Assembly (NCBI GenBank): GCA_973851085.1
Contig: OZ316775.1
Coordinates: 1,240,001 to 1,304,000 of the forward strand
DNA: 64,000 nt
Direction of reading: 5' to 3'
DNA from: Ptychomitrium polyphyllum
Taxonomy: Eukaryota
The notes below the pieces were generated by a model that ran no database searches, was not told the DNA's origin, and worked only from the letters and a program-made list of their open reading frames with translations. The stretch's first letter is position 1. Every line of letters begins with the position of its first letter. Positions 39,643-52,323 of the stretch are shown piece by piece. The position numbers and the translations under genes are program-made.

Positions 39643-40398
39643 ATGACTTCGTCCGTCGATACCACGACCAAGCTCACCTACCTGCTACCGACAGGCACTT
39701 TCCTCACCTTCCAAGTGCTGGCCCCGCTGGCCACCAACAACGGCAAGTGCGGCCTGACGGAGAAGATTCTCACAGGCGTCACGCTCTTACTCTTCGTCGG
39801 GGGCTGCATACTCACCAGCTTCACTGACAGCTACACGGCCCCGGACGGCAAAGTCTACAATGGTTTCTTAACCAGGCACGGGCTGTGGGTCCCCAGCTAC
39901 GAGGCCGCTGAACTGGTGGGAGGCAGCGAGGACGACGGTCAGGTGGTACCACAAGCCGATGATATAACCGAAGTCAAGAAACCTAAGAGTAAAGAGAAGG
40001 TAAAGAAGATCAACAAGAATTATATTGTGGGTTCTAATTTCAAAATCAAGGCCTCGGACGTCATCAATGCCACTCTATCGGGTGTCGCCTTTCTGACGCT
40101 CACCTTGTTTACGGACCCGGTGTCTAGTTGCTTCTACCCGGATCTTTCAGAGACTGTGTTAAAGACGTTGCCGGTTCTGTTAGCTGCTGTGATCAGCTTC
40201 TTCTGCTCGTTCTCGGGGAAGGTCAGGCACGGGTATGGGAACTCGTTTCCTGGCCATATAGATCCGCCGTATACACCTCTTAAGGATAGAAAGGATGGTA
40301 CTAAACAGCCCCCGGTCCCAGCAGCGGGTGTTGATCATGAAGCAAGGATATCTATCAAAGATGACGGACAAGAAGTGACAAAATATCACTCAGGCTAA
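39643..40398 (+). CDS. DMP: DUF679 membrane protein (DMP family), copy B, intronless, 251 aa
   Basis: LTYLLPTGTFLTFQVLAPLATNNGKC, SFTDSY, GKVYNGFLTRHGLW, DVINA, SCFYP, RHGYG, plus a charged loop insertion and a C-terminal extension. Confidence 0.92.
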   Translation: MTSSVDTTTKLTYLLPTGTFLTFQVLAPLATNNGKCGLTEKILTGVTLLLFVGGCILTSFTDSYTAPDGKVYNGFLTRHGLWVPSYEAAELVGGSEDDGQVVPQADDITEVKKPKSKEKVKKINKNYIVGSNFKIKASDVINATLSGVAFLTLTLFTDPVSSCFYPDLSETVLKTLPVLLAAVISFFCSFSGKVRHGYGNSFPGHIDPPYTPLKDRKDGTKQPPVPAAGVDHEARISIKDDGQEVTKYHSG

Positions 40399-42201
40399 TG
40401 GGAAAGGTGATCTCTTTTGCGTAGTTTAAAGCTGCACTACATCATTTGCTCTTGAGCCGGAGGGTGGCATGGAAACAAATTTACCTACATGTTGCTCTGA
40501 TTAGAGTCTACATTAGAGAAGGCAGTACTTGTTATTTAGATCCTGGTGATTTATTTCTGTTACTCGAAGGTCATACGAGAAGGCCATGTTGGCAGTGATA
40601 ACATGGACTGATAACCGACAAACGGCAGTTCTAATATCACCAAACAAATTGGAAGGAGATAGAAAGTGGATCGGTTCTGTACAAAATGAAGGCGACTGTT
40701 TGCGAGGTAGGAAGATGAGAAGATAAATTGCAAATAGAAGCATAGGTTTGAAGAGTACTTCTTGCATAGCATGATAGATTTTAAATTATGGAAGTTGCTT
40801 GCAGATTTTCAAGCTTATGATAAACGGCATGTTTCCACTAGGTAGTACAAACGAAGATGAAGTGGGTGAATATCATTTGCATTGACAAACTGGTGCCGTT
40901 CGTGGTCTACAACTCTTCAAGGAAGATTACCCGCAGTAGCCCTCATTGTGTTGTTTAAGAGTGGTTGTATGTAGGATAAAAGGAAACCTTTCACACGGTT
41001 GGCAGTCACAGTGATTGATGGTCTCTATGCTTGAAATATTTGGAAATGAATGAAATATTTGGAAATGCAGGAGACTTAGAAGGAAAGATTGTTAGACACT
41101 GTACTCATTATAATTGGAAATTTCAAAGTTTTATAATATTTTTTGGAATGAAATAAATCTAAAAGGGATTTAATATGTTAAAGATGATTGTCATGTTTTT
41201 GAAGTTATTTAGTAAGTTTCTTGTCAATAAATGAAGGAAAGCAACTAAAAGCACTTGAATTTACATTTAAACAATTCTTGAGATGTGTAGTTTAGCTTAA
41301 GTTGAGTCAAATTTCATAATCTCATTACAATTAGTACCAAATTCATACATAATAGAATAAATAGAACTAACTAAGGATCATTGAATATACAATTATACTA
41401 TGACTAAGATTGTATTGGATTTTTAAGATTACAAATATTACATGCGGATTGAAGTTTGAAGAACTGGTAAGTAAATGTCTACAGACAGCCTTTCTACAAA
41501 CATCTTCTTGGAACTTGCTAGGGTTATTTTCTTTGTGTAGAGTCCGAGGTTTTTTCCCAACAATCACCAGCCTTACACAGTGTATTTTCTAGCTGCCCGG
41601 CATCATTATTATGAGACTATTTCCAGAGTCTTATTAAACCGGAAGTATCCTCCCCCCTTCCATCTTGTAACAGATTCACATCTTTCTAAAATCCTAAACC
41701 TTGGCGTCTAAACTTCCAAGTCGCTAAACAATCCCGTGCCCAGAGAAAGGCAGAGGGTGGCGATGCCACAGTGACGAAGGGGTTCGATTGAACGTGCGAG
41801 GTAAAACAGGCCGGGGTGTGTTCTAAAAAAAGAGGCTGGCCCAAGTTGAGGGGTCAATGGCAAACAAAGAAAGCGGCCAAGAAGTAAAAGGCTACAAGAG
41901 AGCCCTTGGATCTTATTGGAGAGACCCCAAAATCCACCCCGGCAGATGCGTGGTCTTGGTCTGTCAGCACTGGGCACCTGCGCCGCACCTGCAACAAATC
42001 ACTGATGCAAAGCTCCTTCCTCTTTCTGACTCACAGCCCAAATGAGCAAATGAGCTGATAGCTTCCTCTTCTGTTTGATTTCTAAGGAAATTCAGATCTA
42101 CCAAGCTTTTTAAAAGATACAGCAGACTGATTTCTGCACCAAATTCTATGAACTTGGCGGAGGCGGATGATGTTGATTGGTCCTCCAGCTCTCGATCTGT
42201 C

Positions 42202-43902
42202 CTACGACTTCGCCAATCCTGCGTGAGAGGATCCTCCTTTCACAACTGCCGTCCTGGCAAATATTTCGAACATTCGAGAGTTGGTGCAAATCTCATCGTG
42301 ATCTGATTCTTCTACCGTGATCAACATTCTCTTTTTCATCTTGTGGTCGACTTTCTCTCTCGGGGCAATCATGCTCCCGTCCTCCGCAGATTTGCGGTTA
42401 GACTGGAGTGCAAGCCCGATCTTCCACATCTGCGTAATGCCGTGGCAATTGGTCGTCTGGTCCACTATTCTCGGCCGCCCAAGCATCGGGACTCTGCTCG
42501 CGATGCTTTCGACGGTGGAGTTCCAATCATAGTGCGTGAGGAATGCGCCCACCGAGGGGTGAAACAGGGCAGCTGTTTGGGATGCCCAGGTGACCAACAG
42601 AGTGCGCTGTCGCTTCGTCTCATGAACTCGGAGAACATGGTGTCAAATTTTTTGTTCGCCTCACACATGCTCTCGACGGTGTCGGACCTGATCATCCACA
42701 GGAATACGTGCCTGCTCATCTCGAGCTCGTGAGCAAAATCTCGCATTCTCTGTAAAAACCGTGGCTGTGCTGTCGGATGAATTGTAAAGAACGGATTTTA
42801 GAGTTTGACTGTCGAGCCAGAACAATGTGACAGGAGCTTCTTCTCGCAAGCCACAGCCAGCTCCAGCTATGACCATCTATTCGACGCCGTCCTCTGTTGT
42901 GCTTGAGTTCAAGATGAGAGGCCCTATGGCGAAAACGTGGGAATGCAAATTCTCGGCCATTGCGTCAAGGATATCACCCTCGAAGTCTTGAAATGAATTC
43001 AGGAGAATTCTATTACAGTTGGGCAGAAGGTTACTGCAAGTCCAGTGGCTGACAAATTCGTATGCGAGCAAGTGTGTCGGCATGTCTTCAACCCGCATGG
43101 TCGGTGACAGGCCGGTGACAAGGCCTGTCAGTGGCGCTTGCCGAGCTGCAGCTTCTTGCTCACTCCTAAGCGGTCCCATTGCCATTGCAACTGGATGGAA
43201 GGACCGGGGGAAAGGGTGGGAGGAAGAGGTGGCGGGAGAATACCGATTCTCAACAATGCGAGCGCTTTGAGTGCACACAGCAAGGTAATGGCAGAGGGCC
43301 TTTCGAGAGCTAGCACAGGAACGCCCGATTATGTAACCCTTGGTCGACGGCCCTGGATCGAATGTCACGGATTACAAATGTAACTGGCGAGCTGCGCTTT
43401 AAATTGACTTAGAGCTCTTTGTATACAGGTCCCATGGCTAATATTGCATTGGAGAATCCAGTCCATTCACGGTGTCGAGGATGATCATCTGGTAGCCCTT
43501 ATGACACGGAGAGGAACTCAATGTCTTTCCTGCACGTGTGGGTCATGAAATGTGGTACTCTAGAAATGTCAACATGGTCTTCATCCCCAGATGTGATAGG
43601 ATTGCAGCTGCTGTATTATAATAACCGTATTCATCAATAACCCGCATTCGGATATTGCTCTCAGCTAATCATGTAACAATTAAACAAGGCAGTGAGCTAG
43701 GTGATGAACCAGTGACTTACTCAGCCTCCATAGCGCTTTGGAACGTGACCTCATCATTATTCATGGTTACATGTGGTGTTGATGAAGTGATGCAAATCCT
43801 AAGTCCGACCAGCTTCTCCGCAAGCTGGAAGTCAGGAGCAACTTGTCCTTGGGAGGGAAGCGGGATGACTAGTGCGGGCAAATTTGTAGAACTGCCCCTC
43901 AT
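42202..43902 (-). pseudogene. UDP-glycosyltransferase (GT1/UGT) pseudogene
   Basis: UGT motifs are colinear but split across frames: ALVIPLPSQGQV (catalytic His position reads Gln), ILLNSFQDFE...VFAIGPL, WLDSQ...SVLY, ELEMSRHVFLWMIR, and a decayed PSPG box WASQTAALFHPSVGAFLTHYDWNSTVESIASRVPMLGRPRIVDQ. Multiple frameshifts and stops. Confidence 0.88.
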
Positions 43903-46900
43903 AACATCGGCGCTTTTGTGCTTGTCCTCGCGAATCTCCGTCCTCTCAGCTACCGGAATCGCAAAACCATTGCCTATCAACAACTCTTCAGAGCTAGGTT
44001 TAGAAAACTCCCGAGATCAACACTCAAAGCAAGCCTGGCTCGTTGAAGATAAGTTCACACCTACTTAGGCATTTGTGTGCCCCACAGTATATTAATCTCC
44101 AACAACTAGTCACAAACAAAGCTCATGGTGACGAGCTGTTCAATGTGACCATATTTTGCTGTATGGTCATCACAAGGAGAGTTCGCCCAGAGGAACAAAA
44201 ACTCCTGAAGAATCGCACAAAGAATAAACGCCCTGAGCTCCTGAAGAATTGGTTAGGAAGTTCTTGCCTTAGAACTTTTTGCAGTTTTCTAGTTTTTGCA
44301 AGTTTAGAATAATATTGGCAGTGCCACAAATACAAAATCAAAATTTAAAAAGTCATTCTGTGACGCATTTCTGACGCTCACGTTGATCACAACGCCCATG
44401 TCGTCGTCAACTTCAGTGGTAATGCTCAAGCATGAGCCCGTGAATGGAATTTGGAAACTGATCACTACTACAACTCCCCTGTTTTGGCACCACTTTTTGC
44501 ATCAAAGTTAACGACGAGGTGATGAATAGCTCCAAATCTGGTGCTTTCGCATCAAAACCACCGGTGCCAAATGACACAATCCGTAGTAACGTGAGTTAGG
44601 ATTTATGAAGAAACCATTCGAGTACTGATTGGATACTTCCAGTACAGATGTATGCTAACGGTGAAAAGTGTAAATTCGATCATGCTGCAGTATGTATTTC
44701 GTGTGTAGGTTTGTGTCTGAATAAGGCCGTTAGTTGAGAGATTCGGAACGTGTCCACTTTCTCCAGGTCTGAGTCGTCGGATTTAAACGCTAGAAGTAAA
44801 ATAATTTGCTTGGGTTAATTAACTGGAGGTAGAGAATAGGCAAAGTTTACAAATCCATTATCTGCAGCAACTTAGCGATCATGTGGAGAGAATTCTTTGT
44901 TTAATAATTCCCTTCTCGAAAAACAGAGCTGCCACAGAAATTACTCAGCATTAGGCCACATATGCTTAACCTCTTCTTCCATTAAAATATCAGTGGAAGG
45001 TCATTTTGAAGATAACCTTTGTAGGTCATTCTCTCCTTAGTGACAACGACGAGCCTCACAGTACAAGTACGTCCACCCAACTCTGATTCCAACTAGCACT
45101 GCATTGTGTGCCTGCCCTACTTCAATTCCATATTAGGAAGCCTATCATCCTAGTCACCATTGCGTCAAGTTCACATTTCTACGCAGAGTACTTGAAAGAG
45201 AATACTTGAACACACATGCCAAGCAAATGACAAGCAAAAGATGGACTTTTAACCTCTCATGCAATTATGTTTTCCCTAATCTTTCCTAAATTTTCATGTG
45301 TCCATGCTTCTTGGGTGTGATTTACATCAATGAAAGATCCTCCTTTCACTTTGCAAGGATCTTTTTGGAACAGATGAAACCCGACTGTAACCTAATTTCT
45401 AGTTTTTTGCCATTTTTCATTAATGGGTGATTAACCAAATGATCAAACAGAAAAAGTATTAGATGATCAAAAGATTACCACAAGTGGAAATACTAATGGA
45501 TTGATCCTTCTTGGCTTTTCATGCTTCATGATTCAAATGCAATTTCAAAGTACTTTAGAACAAGTTGTTTAAATGAAATATGTATCATGTTTTAACATTT
45601 AAAATTTACACAGAAATCCTTCATCCTTTATAATTTATTCTATATCATAATCATTCAAACAATATACTGAAAACTTCAAAAACTGGATACACCAGTTGTC
45701 ACATGATGTGCATTGTCCATAGCATGCAGAGACGGTGATCTTCATTATTGGTGATAAGAACATGTTTCAGGCCTTAATTTCTCACAGCTTGATGGATATG
45801 TGATAACTTTGATGAGGCTTATGGGTTTTGAGAAGAGACACTTGAAATGGTATTTGCACTTTGAAAGTTACTACAGGTTCATCCACTCCACTCACTTTAT
45901 TTTAGAACATTCTGGATGACCCTGCACCATGATCAACATGATTAATATTCTATTTATTTATCAAGTATTAAATTTCACTAAACATTTTCATTAAAAGTAG
46001 TATAGGGCCTACAATAGAGTGGCTAAAGAATGTTGCAAATGTATTATTTATTGTATGAAATCCTTTTTTATGCTACAGGAATCCAAATCAATATGATTTT
46101 ATTGCAAAAGAAACTATAATACTTGCATTTCCAAATTCATTATAAAACGGGCTTTGAAATAAGAGGTTTGGAATATTCTTATTTTCACATGTTATCAATG
46201 CACTAATACCTATTCAATTCCAAACATAGTAGGGTGTCAAATATATGTATGAATACTAGTGTTTTTAAACAAATACATAATTACATACAAAATAAATCCA
46301 TACATGAATACACAATATTGTTTATTTTACAAATAACTATTCTATCGTTTTTTACTTCCTACCAATGCATTCTTCAATGCTTTTTTATTTTGTAATAAAT
46401 TCTAATTGCAATGATTCATAAAGCTCATTACAACTTTGTACATGATTTTGAGCCTTTTGTACCTAAATAGTTGTTTGTTTTCTATTGCAAAAATATTGAA
46501 TCAGTTTTTCTTTGATATTTTTGGCAAAAGACTTATTTATTGTAATGGCCCAAATAAATTTGTTCAATACAAGTTTTAAAACAAATATTTGATATTTCTA
46601 GTACAAAACCACTTTAATTAATTCAAAATCATGAGAAATGAAGTATTAGTAGTGTGCTAAAAGATTCATTTGCAAGATACAATAGTGGTTTTAAATATAA
46701 TAAGGAAGTTTTATGCTTGAATAAATTTACAAAAGGTTGATTAATAAGGTGTTAATTCTAGAGTGCATGTGACCTTTAATGTCATTCCATTGATAGGATA
46801 AGGAACAAAGATGACATCAATTTATAAGAAATTGTCATTTATAATGGAATCATTTTCCTCTCTTTAATCCTTTTAGTGTCCATTACTACACCATCCCAAT

Positions 46901-48929
46901 TAAAATTTGTTTTAAAACTCATTCATTACATTTATCATTTTGAGTGTTAACAATTGAATATGGTTTCATTAGAAGCACTATTGCAACAACTTTTGTGTTC
47001 ATAGTGAATTAAAGACTTGAAATTTTATATTGTTGGCAAAACTAAACATATCAAGAAGAGCAAAGATTTCAAGGCTTAAATTACACAAATCATTTGGAAT
47101 TAAAAGATAAACTTTGACCTTATCTAAAAAATTAAAATAATTTACGGGATTGAATAATTATGTACTCCATATAGCAAAGAAAGAAATGTGCAGAATATTG
47201 TGGGTTGAAACACTATTTCTTCGGCATTTAGAATGAGCCGCTCTGGAGAGGAGCTTCGAAGTCCTCCATAGGCGCCTCGTATAGTGCTACTCACTACATG
47301 ACTAGTAGTAAAAAACGGTCAACGAAGTTAAATGAAAAGTTTGTAGTCCTCGTTCACAACTGGTGTTATCATACAGAAAACAGATCTGAAATCCTGGGCA
47401 GAACTGCCAGACATGCTATGGCGCATCATGGAAGAAGGGTCACCGCTCAGGAGACCATAAAGTTCGTGATCAATTTACCAACTCAAATTAAACAGGCTCA
47501 AACAAAGCTATCCTTGCTTTCAAATTCAAACTTAAAGTTCAAACCAGTCAACGGTCACAAATAACTCCCGAAAAACAATTTTTTCACGAGCAAAGATCGG
47601 ACACCAGACTACCCATTGATTCCGCCAAAAACCTCATCAATGAACCCCAAGCGCCTTCAATCTGTATGAGTCAGGCGGGAAAGCGCAGATGACTGAACCT
47701 TCATGATCCACGGTGAAAGGATCCATATTCCAATGCAGGGAGCGGATATCAGTGGCCGCGAGAAGCCAGATCTCAGCCAGGACGAGGCACACAAAGACAG
47801 GCATTGATGGCTAAGGGGGGGTTCTATTCCGGCACGGAATGAGCATGCAAAAGACCATCACAGTTCCTCAAATCGATATCATCTGGGCATATATAGATTT
47901 TGTCACTCAAGTTTAAGCCCTTGGTAGATTTTTAATTTGATGCAGTGATTATTTTTGATATGCATCCTTTGAATGGATTGGTGGTTGAGAGTGAAGTGTG
48001 TTCTGGAGTGGAATGGGCTTGCAGAGGCCTGCTTGTTTCAGAAATCGTGCTCTTGGCCATGAACGAGCATGCAGATGCCTATTGGGAAGGGTGTAATTTC
48101 TTGGTAATGTTTTTGGTGTTTTACTTTTATTTATAATTTTCGGATAGTGGACTGCTACATAACATTCTTCTTCAGTTAGCTACTCCTGATAACACTTTCT
48201 GTTCCATTAATAATTGAGGTAGTTTGTGTGACAAGTCACCAAACTTAATTCATACCTTCAGTTATTCATTCCTATAGAATATTTATGCTTATTTTATTAT
48301 CAATTTTCTACATGTCAAGATGAAGGCAAGTTACTCCAACCACTAGGAGAATGTTATAACACATACAAATGAGAGATTAAAAATGACTATTCAATTCCTT
48401 ATAATATATTTTAACACCCATATTACCGTATCCGATTTTGAAATAATACAAAAGTGGCGACATCGGGTAAAATCTGTCAAATATTTCGTCACTAAAATAT
48501 ACAGCGGCTCAAGAGGGAAGCATTTTCTGAAATGGAACAGGCGAACAGGTAGTGCTGACGTAGAAGGGTGCATGTTCCTGGGATAAGAATGCATACACAC
48601 AAAACCGTCGCTCCCCAAAACCGACACTATCCACGGGGAGGCATACACCGCTTCAATCAAATTGTGAAAATTATGTTCGTTAAAAAATACAATCACAGTG
48701 CATTATTTCATCATCATCTGAATTATTTGTAGAGTTCATGGAGTGAACCGTAGATGACGTTGGTTAAGGGAAGTGATAGATTTCCAGTATGCCGCCTTTC
48801 GTGCCGACCTGGCCTCTACACATCTGTTTTATCGCAGAACTTGCCTTCCTCTTTACCAGCCAGTTAGTTAAGAGTAAGAAGTTGCACCGGAAGCCGTGTT
48901 CCGACGTGGAACGGGCGTGGGGAGGCGCG

Positions 48930-50570
48930 GGGATTCAGGCGTGGGGTGCCTCGCGAGCCTCTTCGCAAGCTTCTTCTTCTTTTTTCCGTCATTTTTGTAG
49001 CCCTCCGACGCTCTGCCTTCGCACTGCTTTCCAGGGCGGCGTCTTGCGCGGTCGCCTTCGCTGCGGACCTTCCCATTGCCGTCGCCTCACGGGCACGATC
49101 ACGTTACGCGCTTTCTCGTCCATCGTTGGAGCGGACTCTCGTACTAACTGCCTTTTGTCGCGGCCACCTTCTGGCGCTTCTCAGCTGTGCTGGTTCCATC
49201 GGGGTTGGGGTTTTCTTCTCAGGCCGGGGTTGTGCGCGCGCTCGGTCGCTGTGGGTTTGATTGCAGGTAGTTCGAGCTCTTTCTGTTTTTTGATTCAGTG
49301 TGTACTTTGCTTCTGCCGTTGTTGGAAATAGTAGCTTGCTATGGTGAAGTAGGGCGAATGGTTTGGTTTTCGGTTTGACGATCTCAGGAGTACTTCGATG
49401 AAATTAGGTGTTCTTGGAGTGTGTCAGAGGTGTTCTCTGTTGGAGTGAGGATCGAGCGTTTTAGATCGCTGTCAAGAGCATTAGTAACCTTCTGGTTGGG
49501 GTTGTCAGTGGCGGATCTGGAGGACCGTAGCTGAGAGGCGTAGTTCGACCTCATCGATGTTAGGGATCCTACATTGTTGCGTCTGTTCTTGCAATCCAAT
49601 CTGGTACCTTGAGAGTATAGGATGGAGTGTCTTCCTTAAGAAGCGGATTGCGTAGATCTGGACTGTGTTACTGTTATGAAGTTGAGCGAGTCAGTGAATG
49701 TTAGACTGCAACAAATATGTGGCAGCTTGATGTTGCTGATCAATCATACTCGTTGTTTTTTCCTTGAGCCTAGTGTGTAGATGCCACTGAAGCAAATGTC
49801 TGTCGTCTTCGCCTGCTTAACTTAAGTAACTATTTTAATGGCTTTATCGTGGTACTGGTTTTATTTTCTGGTAATCTAGGTCTGCCTCTGGTTAGCGTTT
49901 CCGCTTGAGATGCATTCATTTGCTAACCTGTTTCTCAATATAACGGAGTTCACACTCAGATTTAGGCATGTTATTGGTGCGGTCTTTGAGAAACGGAGAA
50001 CGGTTTTGAAGGTTTACATTTCGAATCTGTGTGGTAATATTTGTTTTTGGGAGGCTCTACGGTCCAACGATTTTCATAGCGTTTGGTTGATAAATGGTGT
50101 GCGCGTGTGAAGTTTCCAGTGAGTTGTCTAGTTTCTTTCTATTTTTCTCGTGGAAGAGCAAGTCTAGCCAGATTGTTAATGCTAGACAGTTAATCAACTG
50201 CGGAACATGCTGTGGGTTAATTGCCTTATGTTTAGGGTTTTTCCGTATGATTTTGAAATTGCTAGCCATTTGTATCATTCTTCCTGAGGTTAGGCGATTC
50301 TGATCACGAAAAGAATAGCTTTGTGTTTTTGAAGGTGTAGAACAGCTTCAAAGACATGATGTGTGATGTGCATGGGCAAATGCTCAATATGGTCTACGGC
50401 CGCTGCTTACATTTCTTGTGCGATTTGGATGCAGGGTATTGTGGTGCAATTCTTTGCTGAGGCTTGAGGCAGTTTTTTTCTGAGGATCGAGGGCCAGAGA
50501 GGTGGCTGTGTATCGTTGAATTGAGGCTTATTTCGGAGGTCGCCTTTTTGGAGGGGTCAAAGTTGCAAAG
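48930..50570 (+). other. Probable 5' UTR and leader intron(s) of the VAMP72 gene
   Basis: GC/CT-rich block at ~48930-49266, then cag|gtagtt, T-rich sequence, and candidate acceptors such as gatgcag (~50433) before the ATG. Confidence 0.5.
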
Positions 50571-52323
50571 ATGGCTAACCAATCGCTGATTTACAGCTTC
50601 GTTGCCAGGGGCACAACAGTGTTGGCAGAGTACACAGCTTTTTCTGGGAACTTCAGCACGATTGCAGTCCAATGTCTGCAGAAGCTTCCACCCAACAACA
50701 ACAAATTCACTTACACATGTGATAGGCACACGTTCAACTACCTTGTTGAGGAGGGCTACAGTAAGTTTTATGCCTGATCGGCTCTTGAAGATTATTGAGT
50801 CACCTGCTGTTTTAATTTGATTACTTAGAAACGCTTGCTTAGATTGTCACATTCAATATGAATCAATATGATTTGGATCGGTACTTCGCGCTGAGATTCT
50901 TCCGATATTAAGTTTGAAGTAACTACAGCATGTAATTGGGAACAGTATTTGTATCCTGGATACACTTTTTAATTTTTTTTACATTTCATGATTTTAACTG
51001 TATATTATCGATTTTTAGCATACTTGGTCGTGGCCGATGAAGAATTCGGAAGACAAATTCCCTTTGCTTTTCTTGAGCGGGTGAAGGAAGACTTCAAGAA
51101 GCGTTATGCAGGAGGAAAGTCTGATTCGGCCATTGCACATAGTTTAGACAAAGAATTTGGGTAAGGAGTCTTTCTTTGGTCTCAAATTTATTGAGAAATT
51201 TTTGCTATGACTTGTAGGTATTGATTGTTAACTTAAACTTTTTTCTATTGGTCGTAATATTACGAAAGTGACATATTTTGCTCCACCCAAGAGAATGTCC
51301 TACAATTCCAGATGTATTCCTCGTACGACGGACTGGGCTCTTGTGTAGATTTCATGATTTATCTGTTCGCTTTGTTTGTTTGCTTGAAACCTATTTATGG
51401 TGTCTGTGCAGGCCCAAGTTGAGGGATCACATGCAGTATTGTGTTGACCACCCTGATGAAATGAACAAGATTTCGAAAATCAAGTCCCAAGTTGCTGAAG
51501 TGAAAGGCATTATGATGGATAACATTGAGAAGGTCTTTTGGATGCGCTCAAATTTCTGTGATAATTTGATTTGTAAATGTGCTGCTATAATCAGATGTGT
51601 TAAGTCCTTTGTAATGTTTTTGAAGAGATAGTATGCATTTTGCCCAAATGTAGTCGGTCTCGTACTATTATCAACCTGAAAAGACAGGTGTAATTAGGAC
51701 AACACACTAGTATAGCGAATCTACTCATCTTGAGGTTGTTTGAGGGACTGAAGCATTTGCTTTAATGTATGCAGGTGCTCGATCGTGGAGAAAAAATCGA
51801 GCTTCTCGTTGACAAGACAGAGAATTTGCGTTTCCAGGCACGTAGTTCTATTTTTGTATTTAGCCTGTGCACTCGCACTTGGTGTTCGTGCATATTCTCA
51901 TCATAATTATGTCTAGGTTCCATTTGTACGAGAGAACATGTTTCGCAGACAAAAAACTTAATTCATACTAAGCTTGGTCAATTTTTTGATTACCTCCTCA
52001 CTCAATAATGCTAGCCTGAGGGAATTCAGTGTTTGAAACGAGTACCACCACGGAAACGTCTGCGTTTGATATTAACAGTACTATATGCATTACAGGCCGA
52101 CAACTTTCAGCGGCAAGGGAGGCAACTTCGCCGTAAGATGTGGTTTCAGAACATGAAAGTGAAGCTCATTGTCCTTGCCATCATCATTGTGATCATCATC
52201 ATCATTTGGCTTTCCATCTGCCGCGGATTTACTTGCCATGGTGGGTCTTCACCAGCTTCTCCTACCACTGCCACTCCTCCCACAGCACGTCGCTTGCTTG
52301 CCTATGCTGAGATCGCGAATTGA
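50571..52323 (+). CDS. VAMP72: VAMP72-type longin R-SNARE, about 247 aa
   Basis: Exons 50571-50760, 51019-51160, 51412-51532, 51775-51837, 52096-52323 (744 nt). Longin start [21 protein letters not shown] motif [34 protein letters not shown], and a poly-Ile TM. Intron 4 is GC-AG. Confidence 0.95.

Noticed and set aside
41708..42045. GC-richer segment with short ORFs, considered as an ncRNA or small gene
   Set aside because: No recognisable RNA family motif or protein domain.
48789..49331. 180-aa and overlapping ORFs
   Set aside because: No recognisable domain; GC/CT-rich composition fits the VAMP72 5' UTR.
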